Notes under the pieces: model-generated
The model's database searches: none
Seen by the model: only the letters and a program-made list of their open reading frames with translations
What the model was told of the DNA's origin: nothing
Shown: positions 9,279-16,833 of the stretch, piece by piece
Position numbering within the stretch: the first letter of the stretch is position 1
Layout: each line of letters opens with the position of its first letter
Source of the DNA: an uncultured Pseudomonadales bacterium
Lineage (GTDB): Bacteria; Patescibacteriota; Microgenomatia; UBA1400; MFAQ01
NCBI GenBank assembly: GCA_964509695.1
Contig: CAZDXN010000001.1
Span: forward strand, 51,188-115,187
Length of the DNA stretch: 64,000 nucleotides
Reading direction: 5' to 3'
Program-made: the position numbers and the translations under genes

Positions 9279-10373
9279 ATGGCCAAATTACCACTGGTTT
9301 CGATCATCATCGTCGACTACAAGAAAGATAATCCCTATCTTCCCGAATGTCTCGAAGCCATTCAAAGGCAAACCTACAAAAACTTCGAAGTCATTCTCGT
9401 TACCGACCACCCTGTTACTTTGTCATCCTCGCGAAAGCGGGGATCCATTCCCTCGCTCATCAAAAAGTCCTTCGGTCACTACGTCGGCCCGGCCGAGAAA
9501 CGCGACTGGGGAGCGAAGAAGGCTTCCGGGGGAATTCTTGCTTTCATCGATGACGACGCCTATCCTCACCCGGAGTGGCTTGAAAATATAGTTAAAAACT
9601 TCGGAAAAATGTCATTCCCGCGAAAGCGGGAATCTATATCAAATGGATCCCCGATCGAGTCGGGGATGACAGGTGATATCGCTGGGGTGGGAGGACCGGG
9701 AGTAACCCCACCGAATGTTTCATGGACGGAGGAGGCTTCTGGCTGGATGTCAGCTTCACCCTTGGGGGCGGGGGTCAACACTTATCGATTTTTCCCCAAT
9801 TCTCGGAAATTTGTTGATGATTATCCCTCTATGAATCTTGCCATTCGCCGGAGCGATTTTTTGGCTGTGGGAGGCTACGATAGTAACTACTGGCCCGGAG
9901 AGGACACCATGCTTTGCCTCGACCTAACCAGCAAACTAAAGAAGAAAATTATTTATGATCCCAATGTCTTGGTCTATCACCATCGTCGTCCACTTTGGAA
10001 ACCTCATTTGAGGCAGAATGGCAGTTTTGGTCTGCATCGCGGCTTCTTCGCCCGCGTTCTCCCCCAAACCTCTTTCCGTCCTATTTACCTCGGGCCATCT
10101 TTCATGCTCCTCGGCCTTTGCTATCTAATTATTTATCAATTTTTACCAATTCATAATTCCTCATTCTTAATTCTAAATTCAATATCCTACATGGGCTGGT
10201 TTCTCTTCTCCGGCTACCTCCTTGCCCTGCTAGCCAATTCTATCTGGGTCTATCAAAAATCAAAAAGCGGTTTCCAGGGGATTCTTGCCTTTATTGTTGT
10301 CTTCATCACTCACCTCTGGTACGGCGCCCGCTTCCTTCAGGGCTTCTTCCTCACCAAGAATCTATCTCGCTAA
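9279..10373 (+). CDS. GT2 glycosyltransferase with C-terminal TM helices, carrying in-frame repeat-derived insertions
   Basis: VSIII, LAFIDDDA, GGYD...GED, YHHRR. Confidence 0.88.
   Translation: MAKLPLVSIIIVDYKKDNPYLPECLEAIQRQTYKNFEVILVTDHPVTLSSSRKRGSIPSLIKKSFGHYVGPAEKRDWGAKKASGGILAFIDDDAYPHPEWLENIVKNFGKMSFPRKRESISNGSPIESGMTGDIAGVGGPGVTPPNVSWTEEASGWMSASPLGAGVNTYRFFPNSRKFVDDYPSMNLAIRRSDFLAVGGYDSNYWPGEDTMLCLDLTSKLKKKIIYDPNVLVYHHRRPLWKPHLRQNGSFGLHRGFFARVLPQTSFRPIYLGPSFMLLGLCYLIIYQFLPIHNSSFLILNSISYMGWFLFSGYLLALLANSIWVYQKSKSGFQGILAFIVVFITHLWYGARFLQGFFLTKNLSR
9421..9447 (+). repeat. REP-like palindrome (single), inside a CDS
   Basis: TGTCATCCTCGC-GAAA-GCGGGGATCCA forms a hairpin with a GAAA loop and translates as LSSSRKRGS. 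Confidence 0.75.
9610..9671. repeat. REP-like inverted doublet (REPIN/RPE-like), inside a CDS
   Basis: TGTCATTCCCGCGAAAGCGGGAATCTA, 7 nt, then TGGATCCCCGATCGAGTCGGGGATGACA (an inverted second copy). Translates as MSFPRKRESISNGSPIESGMT. Confidence 0.8.
10148..10182 (+). repeat. Degenerate 7-bp tandem repeat (5 units), inside a CDS
   Basis: AATTCAT AATTCCT CATTCTT AATTCTA AATTCAA, translating as IHNSSFLILNS. Confidence 0.6.
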
Positions 10374-10378
10374 TTTCT

Positions 10379-11497
10379 CTATGCCACAAAATATCCTTGG
10401 ATAAAAAACATCAAGAGGATTACGTGTAGGATCGAGAAGATGCCGGCAATGATGACCTTAAGATACAGGTTGTTTATTTCGGAGAGGACAAGGTAGAGCG
10501 TAAGTATTGGCAATACGAAGCGGGGGATCGACAGCAATGTCCCGGTAACGGTAGGAAAAATAAGCATCGCCAATCCGAAAAGGTTGAGTCCCAACCGATC
10601 CGGTAGGTTTCCCGCAGCCCTTTTCTTAATAATCTTATTAAGATCATAAAGAAGAATTAAAAAGGCAAATATAAAAATGCTAAATTCCACAACGGCGATA
10701 AAGTAGGTGTAGTTGAGATCGGCGGTTAGAAATATCTTCAAGTAGCGGTACAAAACCTGAGGCAAGAGGATTATTTTGGTAGTGCGTCCAGCCCCGAACT
10801 GTGGTTGGACATGAAAAAACTTCAGCCCATCCCCCGTAGTAAACCATAGATATCCAGCATAGCTGGCAAATCCCAATATGGGAGCCAGTAGTAGGGATAG
10901 TCGACGACGAGCGCTGGAAAGTAATAGGGGAATCACCAAAAAGATACCAACTACTCGTGTTATTCCAGAAAGGTAGGCAAAAAAAGCAGCAGCCAAAAAA
11001 TTACCCTTCTTATTAAATAAAAGGCAAAGTAGGACCAAGACGATGAACAGGCTTTCGCTATAAGCAGATTGTAAAAAAAACGATGTCGGGAAGGTTAGTA
11101 AAAAAATAATGAACCACTTGGCGTTCTTGCTCAATCCAGTCAATGAAAGATATCTGGGGAGAATCAGCAGACTGGCAATTAGCGATATCCAAGCGATCGA
11201 CAACGCTACTAAGGGGAAAATCAGACCTGACACAGAAGCCAGCGAACGAATCAGAATTGGATACAGTGGGAAAAACGCCACCTCGTTCCTCTCATATCCA
11301 GAGAGAGCGATATTGAGGTAATGAAGTCCGTCAAATCCAGCAAATCGCTTTACAAAATCTGGAAGACGAAAAGAATCTAGTAAGTCCGGAAAAGAAAAAT
11401 AACCCAGATAAGGCACAATTTTTGTAGCTAGAAAACTGACAACAAAATTAAGAAAAAGAGAAATCAAACCGAAATACAAAATCTGACGGGCCCGCAT
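10379..11497 (-). CDS. GT-C membrane mannosyltransferase, PIG-V/Mannosyl_trans2-like
   Basis: FDGLHYLNIALSGY...AFFPLYP, FPTSFF..AYSESLF, TRVVG and SIPRF; many TM segments. Confidence 0.8.
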   Translation of the reverse strand: MRARQILYFGLISLFLNFVVSFLATKIVPYLGYFSFPDLLDSFRLPDFVKRFAGFDGLHYLNIALSGYERNEVAFFPLYPILIRSLASVSGLIFPLVALSIAWISLIASLLILPRYLSLTGLSKNAKWFIIFLLTFPTSFFLQSAYSESLFIVLVLLCLLFNKKGNFLAAAFFAYLSGITRVVGIFLVIPLLLSSARRRLSLLLAPILGFASYAGYLWFTTGDGLKFFHVQPQFGAGRTTKIILLPQVLYRYLKIFLTADLNYTYFIAVVEFSIFIFAFLILLYDLNKIIKKRAAGNLPDRLGLNLFGLAMLIFPTVTGTLLSIPRFVLPILTLYLVLSEINNLYLKVIIAGIFSILHVILLMFFIQGYFVA

Positions 11498-11512
11498 TTT
11501 TCTATTTTACCC

Positions 11513-13051
11513 TCACGAGACTTCCTTACGCGCCATTGTCAGGTTGTATACGTGCTGTCTCACCCGCCTCATGGCGCGGAAGCCATAGGTGAATAGAAAT
11601 TGCCAGTCTCGGATTCGTCCGCTTCCCAAGAACTGGATTTGTCGCCATAGAAATTTTGGTGAGAAAGCGATGCCATACATCTTTCTGATCGCTTCGTAAT
11701 ACCTCTCATGAGGAATCGGTGTCTTTACAATCAATTTACTCATATCGTGATCGTTGTAATCACTTGTTAGAAGGACACCCTTTTCAAGACACTCGACATG
11801 ATATGGCGTGTAGTCCAAGGGCGTGCACAAGGTGACTTGGAGAGTCCGAGCTAGTCCCGAGTTCATCAGGTACCTGACGTACTCCACCGTTTGGTCCAGC
11901 ATCTTTTGCGTTTCCCAGTAGTACCCCACCATCATCGTCAGGTGAGGGTGAAGCCCGTACTTGGTCATCCAGTAGAGACAACGTTCAATATATTTTCTCT
12001 GATAGCCCTTATTTATCCGTCGGAGGGTTTCGTCACTACCCGACTCCAGTCCGATCAGGACGAAGCGGAAATTTGCTTTAGCCATTAGCTTAATTGTCTC
12101 CTCATCCAGATATTCGAAACGGGTATTAATCCCAAAATAACACCCCTTCTTGTGTAGGCCTCGGTCAATAATTCCTTGAGCGAACTCCCTCGCATCTGTT
12201 CCCCGGTACCAGACTCCGGAATCGTCAAAGATTTCCTTGACGTGATATTTGTTGATGAGCATCTCGTATTCGTCCAGACTGTTCTCCACCTTCATTTTGG
12301 TGAAGGTTAGGTCTGGTCCGTTGTAGCGGCAGAAGGTACACTTGCCGAACATACAGTCGCGGATGACACTGGTAGCATAAGTGCCGGGAGTTTGGAGGTA
12401 GTTTCCGTTTTCGAAAGCGTAATTCTTCCACCCGACCAGATCACGGTCGATGATCGGGGAGTTATTCACCGGTTCGACCCGTCGAAATTCTCCGGTGTCT
12501 CGATACTCCTTGTTCTTTACTCTGATTGTCAACCCTTCGATGTCACAACTCTTCCGCCAGTCGGTGTGGTCCCGAACAAAAGGCAACAGTTTTGCCAAGA
12601 CAAAATCCACATGATTACTTTTGAGAACAATATCGGTTCTCGAATTATCCAAGGTCTCCTCCGGCTTTCTCATCGAGTGATAACCGGTCATGATAAAGAT
12701 CGTCTTGGGCAAAACATTTTTTAGGTCGTTCGTCAGTTTCCAATAAAACTTCATCACCGGCGTAGTACTTTCAAAGACAACCACATCGGGTCTCCATTTC
12801 ACCAAGTCAGTTGACCACTTCTCAAATGTTTTTAGTTGGGCATTGCCGTCATCCCAACGGACTTTAAACTTGAGCTGTTTCAGCCAAGTCGCCGCTTGGG
12901 CGTAGGTCACTGGTAGTAGGTAAGTTGGCGTTTTGAAATACTGGACGTTTCGGTTCTGGGAGACCATCGCCTTCTGGCCTTTGGAGTTCACAATCGGCGG
13001 ATACGATATCGCCACCCTCAGCGTCCTATTACTTGTTGTTGTTCTTCTCAT
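11513..13051 (-). CDS. Radical SAM protein with B12-binding-like N-terminal domain and variant CX4CX2C motif
   Basis: RDCMFGKCTFC, EIFDDSG, IGLESGS...RINKG, MVGYYWET; N-terminal PDVVV...MTGYHS. Confidence 0.8.
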   Translation of the reverse strand: MRRTTTSNRTLRVAISYPPIVNSKGQKAMVSQNRNVQYFKTPTYLLPVTYAQAATWLKQLKFKVRWDDGNAQLKTFEKWSTDLVKWRPDVVVFESTTPVMKFYWKLTNDLKNVLPKTIFIMTGYHSMRKPEETLDNSRTDIVLKSNHVDFVLAKLLPFVRDHTDWRKSCDIEGLTIRVKNKEYRDTGEFRRVEPVNNSPIIDRDLVGWKNYAFENGNYLQTPGTYATSVIRDCMFGKCTFCRYNGPDLTFTKMKVENSLDEYEMLINKYHVKEIFDDSGVWYRGTDAREFAQGIIDRGLHKKGCYFGINTRFEYLDEETIKLMAKANFRFVLIGLESGSDETLRRINKGYQRKYIERCLYWMTKYGLHPHLTMMVGYYWETQKMLDQTVEYVRYLMNSGLARTLQVTLCTPLDYTPYHVECLEKGVLLTSDYNDHDMSKLIVKTPIPHERYYEAIRKMYGIAFSPKFLWRQIQFLGSGRIRDWQFLFTYGFRAMRRVRQHVYNLTMARKEVS

Positions 13052-13095
13052 TTTTATTGTTTTGATTTTTTGAGTTTTCTCAGTTTTGAGTTTTT

Positions 13096-13776
13096 TTAAA
13101 AGAATACCTCCGTAATAATATTTGTCCCATTTACGCCTTGGCCTCTCAGTATGTCATATACCTCATTGATCATGTCACTATTGCCGCAAAGATAGCAAAC
13201 CGTCTTCAGGTCCACAGGATGCTTTCGTAGGTACTCTGTCACCCTCCCGAAATAAACATTGTCATTCCGAGCGGAACGAAGTGAAGTCGAGGAATCTCTT
13301 GAAATACAAACAATATATTTTCCTTCCGGATAATCCTTCCTATCATATTGCTCATTCACATAACTCACTCCATGCAAAACCGTGTAGTCCAGTTTGGGGT
13401 AGGAGAGCGCAAACGAGTGAAATGGGGCAATCCCGGTGCCGGTCCCGATAAATAAATATTTGTTCTTAGAATCCTCTGAATTGGCAATGGTGAACGATCC
13501 ATAGGCTCCGTCAATGGTAACTTCGTCACCGATCTCTAGTTTTTGTAGGATTGGTGACAATGACCCCCCCTTAACAGCCTTAATCAAAAACTCTAGATAT
13601 TTTTCATCTCTTCCGGAATAGGTTGAGTACTCGCGGTTGATTGCTTCCTTCGGTAGTCCAAGGTTCACACACTGCCCCGGAATAAATTCAAAACCCCTTC
13701 TCTCCACTCGAATCACAAAAGTCGAATCTGTCAAATGCCTAACCTTTAGTACTTTTACCATCGTAATCTTATTCAT
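13096..13776 (-). CDS. Ferredoxin/flavodoxin-NADP+ reductase family oxidoreductase (FNR)
   Basis: FIPGQ, REYSTYS, GGSLSP, GTGTGIAPF, YLCGN and terminal EVFF. ATG 13776 is preceded by TATAAT at 8 nt. Confidence 0.88.
   Translation of the reverse strand: MNKITMVKVLKVRHLTDSTFVIRVERRGFEFIPGQCVNLGLPKEAINREYSTYSGRDEKYLEFLIKAVKGGSLSPILQKLEIGDEVTIDGAYGSFTIANSEDSKNKYLFIGTGTGIAPFHSFALSYPKLDYTVLHGVSYVNEQYDRKDYPEGKYIVCISRDSSTSLRSARNDNVYFGRVTEYLRKHPVDLKTVCYLCGNSDMINEVYDILRGQGVNGTNIITEVFF
13260..13297 (+). repeat. TGTCAT-tagged REP-like element inside the FNR gene
   Basis: TGTCATTCCGAGCGGAACGAAGTGAAGTCGAGGAATCT has the same TGTCATTCC...GGAATCT ends as 9610-9636. It reads RDSSTSLRSARND on the coding strand. 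Confidence 0.65.
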
Positions 13777-13792
13777 TATGGACAATTATAAC
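13730..13792 (-). repeat. Direct repeat copy 1: functional promoter and 5' end of the FNR gene
   Basis: 55/63 identical to 15054-15116. Its 13737-13777 part is 36/41 identical to 16767-16806. Confidence 0.9.
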
Positions 13793-13825
13793 CCCAGAAG
13801 AAATTCCGGGCATTGTGCCCGAATG

Positions 13826-13880
13826 TGGACAAATCGGCAGTTCAATTGACAATTTGTCCAAATTATCATAATATTTACCT
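13826..13880 (+). promoter_or_regulatory. Sigma70 promoter with overlapping inverted repeat (putative operator)
   Basis: TTGACA (13846-51), 17 nt, TAATAT (13869-74), 6 nt, ATG. Inverted repeat TGGACAAAT...ATTTGTCCA (13826-34 / 13852-60) straddles the -35. Confidence 0.6.
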
Positions 13881-15047
13881 ATGATTAATCGTATCCTTTT
13901 CGAACAAATCAAACTGGCGGCAACAAACTCTCCGATTATCGGAATTGTTGGGCCCAGGCAGTCCGGAAAGACAACTCTGGCCAAAACCGTATTTCCCAAA
14001 TACACATATGTCAATCTGGAACAACCAGACACTAGACAATATGCACAAAATGATCCCAAAGCCTTTTTAGCTCAATACAACGATAGGGTAATTTTAGACG
14101 AAATTCAAAGAGTGCCCGAATTATTTTCCTATCTTCAAGTAAAGGTTGATAATGACAAAAAAATGGGTCAATACATTTTGACCGGCTCACAACATTTTCT
14201 AATGTTGCAGTCAATCACCCAGTCTCTTGCCGGCAGGATATCAATTTTTCATCTATATCCACTTTCTTACGAAGAGCTACAAAACTCAAGGAAGCAAAAG
14301 AAAGACCTGTACACTCAAATTTGGTATGGTGGATACCCCCGTCTTTATGATCAAGAAATTTCGCCCTTAATTTGGCTAAACAACTATATTCAGACATATA
14401 TTGATCGTGATGTTAGTTTGATTTCTCAAATTACCAATCTAAAAACATTTGAAACATTTCTACACGTCATCGCCGGAAGAACGGGTCAGCTTTTGAATTT
14501 GTCGACATTGGGAAACGAGATTGGAGTTGCCCATAACACCATAAAATCCTGGATAAATCTATTGGAAACTAGCGGAATAACTTATCTACTTCAACCATAT
14601 CATTCAAACATAACCAAAAGGTTAATAAAAACACCAAAACTATATTTCACTGATACTGGTCTAGTGTGTCGCCTCTTGGGAATAGAAGCCCCCAGCCAGC
14701 TTAACACCCACCCACTCTATGGCTCGATCTTCGAAACACATGTTGTTATGGAATATATAAAATTTTATCTAAACAGAGGTTTATCACCCAACATCTATTT
14801 TTGGAGAGATAAAAAAGGACTGGAGGCCGATTTATACAAAAGCATTCCCGGTTCGAAAACTGATATGTTTGAAATCAAATCCAGCCAGACAATTCCCGAG
14901 AATGCCTTCGCAAACTTAAAACAAATTCAAGAAACGATCAAGGACAAATCAGAGCTAAACGTGATTTATGGTGGAGACGAAAACCAGTCACGCAGTCCCG
15001 GCCGGATAATCTCGTGGTCCTCTCTCCCCAAGTTTTTGTCCAAGTAA
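13881..15047 (+). CDS. AAA+ ATPase (AAA_14) with DUF4143 and C-terminal PD-(D/E)xK-like region
   Basis: GPRQSGKTT, ILDEIQ, LTGS, SLAGR, GGYP, KTPKLYFTDTGL, FWRD...EAD...FEIKS. Confidence 0.9.
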   Translation: MINRILFEQIKLAATNSPIIGIVGPRQSGKTTLAKTVFPKYTYVNLEQPDTRQYAQNDPKAFLAQYNDRVILDEIQRVPELFSYLQVKVDNDKKMGQYILTGSQHFLMLQSITQSLAGRISIFHLYPLSYEELQNSRKQKKDLYTQIWYGGYPRLYDQEISPLIWLNNYIQTYIDRDVSLISQITNLKTFETFLHVIAGRTGQLLNLSTLGNEIGVAHNTIKSWINLLETSGITYLLQPYHSNITKRLIKTPKLYFTDTGLVCRLLGIEAPSQLNTHPLYGSIFETHVVMEYIKFYLNRGLSPNIYFWRDKKGLEADLYKSIPGSKTDMFEIKSSQTIPENAFANLKQIQETIKDKSELNVIYGGDENQSRSPGRIISWSSLPKFLSK

Positions 15048-15053
15048 ACATAG

Positions 15054-15116
15054 GTCAAATGCCGCACTTTCAGCACCTTTACCATCGTAATCTTATTCAT
15101 TCCGGACAATTATAAC
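15054..15116 (-). repeat. Direct repeat copy 2: orphan FNR promoter plus first 16 codons
   Basis: Encodes the identical MNKITMVKVLKVRHLT with only synonymous changes and keeps TATAAT. It begins a few bp after the ATPase stop. Confidence 0.9.
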
Positions 15117-15147
15117 TCAAAAGGCTTTGACGACGGCCCAACCGGCC

Positions 15148-15212
15148 TTGACATTACCGTCAAAAAGTACTATCATTTCATAATTAGTATGTTTTATATA
15201 GTAATTATGAAA
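15148..15212 (+). promoter_or_regulatory. AbiE operon promoter with inverted-repeat operator
   Basis: TTGACA (15148-53), 17 nt, TATCAT (15171-76). Inverted repeat TTTCATAATTAGTAT / ATAGTAATTATGAAA (15176-90 / 15198-212; 14/15). Confidence 0.7.
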
Positions 15213-15217
15213 CAAGT

Positions 15218-15856
15218 ATGAACAAAATCAACTACCTATCAAAGTTAAATTCAGCTAGTTTTTTCACAACAAATACCCTAAGAAGCACTGTGGGTGGAAA
15301 CGATGACGCCTTTAACGCCAATGTGGCTCGGTGGATGAAAAACGGTAGTTTGATTCAATTAAAAAAAGGCGTTTTTGTTACCAAGGAATATTATCAGCTT
15401 TGCACCGACAAACAAATTTATAATGAATTTATAGCCAATATACTCAAAAGACCATCATATCTAAGTGGGGAATATGTTCTGCAGAAATATGGCATGTTAT
15501 CCGAATCGGTTTTCTCGATCACCTCTGTCACTCGAAAGAAGACAAGGAATTACAGTAACAAATTAGGAGTGTTTATATATTCAAATATCAAAGAGAAACT
15601 ATTTACTGGCTTTGACATAGCAACCAGGTCGGGATTTGAGATAAAAGAAGCAACAAAGACAAAGGCGTTGTTTGATTATTTATATTATAGATTGTTAAGG
15701 GTGACAGAAATCAACCAAGAAATTATTGATTCTTTTAGGCTAAATTTAGGCGATTTAACCTCCAGTGATTACCAAGAATTAGAGTACTTTATTGATCTTT
15801 CAGACATCCAAAAATTTGTTAATTTAACACGTTATTTAAAAGAGACCTCAAAATGA
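15218..15856 (+). CDS. AbiEi-like antitoxin / wHTH transcriptional regulator (type IV TA)
   Basis: LIQLKKGVF, PSYLSGEYVL..YGMLSE, ITSVT, A..TKALFDYLY; ATGA-coupled to the downstream nucleotidyltransferase. Confidence 0.8.
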   Translation: MNKINYLSKLNSASFFTTNTLRSTVGGNDDAFNANVARWMKNGSLIQLKKGVFVTKEYYQLCTDKQIYNEFIANILKRPSYLSGEYVLQKYGMLSESVFSITSVTRKKTRNYSNKLGVFIYSNIKEKLFTGFDIATRSGFEIKEATKTKALFDYLYYRLLRVTEINQEIIDSFRLNLGDLTSSDYQELEYFIDLSDIQKFVNLTRYLKETSK

Positions 15857-16698
15857 TTATTGAAGAAATGAAATCATTGATTAATAAGCCCGGTGTACAG
15901 AATAAGTCGAGCTTGTATATTAGAAGCCTGCTAAAAGAGTTTTTGCAAATTTATGTACTCAATCATATTTATTTAAATCCAAAATACAACAAAGTGTTTG
16001 TGTTTACTGGGGGGACCTGTTTACGGCATTGTTTTGGTCTAAATAGGTTATCTGAGGATTTAGATTTTGATCTAAGAGTACCAATTGATGTGGCAGAATT
16101 AAAAAATTCCCTTGAGACTTATTTTAAAACTGAATTTATGTATGAGAGTCTGTCGGCCTCTATGTCACAAGGTGGAAAACAGCTGTTACTTAAATTTCCA
16201 GTGTTAAAAGGTTTGGGCCTAGCGACCCAATCTGAAAGTGATTTGTTGTATGTCAAGATAGATCTATCGCCCATGGCTTCCGAAAAATATGGTGAGAACA
16301 CGACCTTAAAAAATATCAACAACTTTAATTATTTGGTAACCCATTATGATTTGCCGTCGTTGATGGCTGGAAAAATTGTTACTATTTTGACCAGACAGCG
16401 ATTTTTGGGAAAAGCGAATATTAAAGTAATTAAAGGTCGGGACTATTTTGATTTACTGTGGTTTTTAGAGAAAAATGTTTTTCCAAATTTAGACAGGGTC
16501 AATGATTTGTTAAAAAGTTCTTATTCAATGTTGAAGCTACTAGTTTTGTTAGATGAGAAGGTAAAAATGGCAACTACAGTTAGCAAACAGTATCTTAAGC
16601 AAGATTTGATGCCTTTTATTGATAACCCCGTGCTTCTGGATGGGTATATTGAGAATTTCGAGAAGAACTATAACCAGGCCAAAACGTATCTAAAGTGA
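15853..16698 (+). CDS. AbiEii/AbiGii-family nucleotidyltransferase toxin
   Basis: FTGGTCLR...RLSEDLDF and KGRDYFDL motifs. Confidence 0.9.
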   Translation: MIIEEMKSLINKPGVQNKSSLYIRSLLKEFLQIYVLNHIYLNPKYNKVFVFTGGTCLRHCFGLNRLSEDLDFDLRVPIDVAELKNSLETYFKTEFMYESLSASMSQGGKQLLLKFPVLKGLGLATQSESDLLYVKIDLSPMASEKYGENTTLKNINNFNYLVTHYDLPSLMAGKIVTILTRQRFLGKANIKVIKGRDYFDLLWFLEKNVFPNLDRVNDLLKSSYSMLKLLVLLDEKVKMATTVSKQYLKQDLMPFIDNPVLLDGYIENFEKNYNQAKTYLK

Positions 16699-16766
16699 AT
16701 TATTCATTGACTGTGTCCGTTTCGTGAGAGCTTTTCATTTCAAAGCCGTCGGGGGTTTCGACACCA

Positions 16767-16806
16767 GCCTAACCTTGAGTACGTTTACCATGTAATAATA
16801 TTCATT
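16767..16806 (-). repeat. Direct repeat copy 3: decayed, frameshifted FNR 5' end
   Basis: Reads ATG AAT ATT ATT AC- ATG GTA AAC GTA CTC AAG GTT AGG (MNIIT/MVNVLKVR), with a 1-nt deletion relative to copy 1. Confidence 0.8.
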
Positions 16807-16833
16807 TTCTAGCTGAATTGTACAATATACCCC

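Noticed and set aside
8923-9591. 222-aa plus-strand ORF and the many other 60-170-aa nested or antisense ORFs in the track
   Set aside because: They overlap well-supported genes and show no recognisable motifs; they are treated as shadow ORFs.
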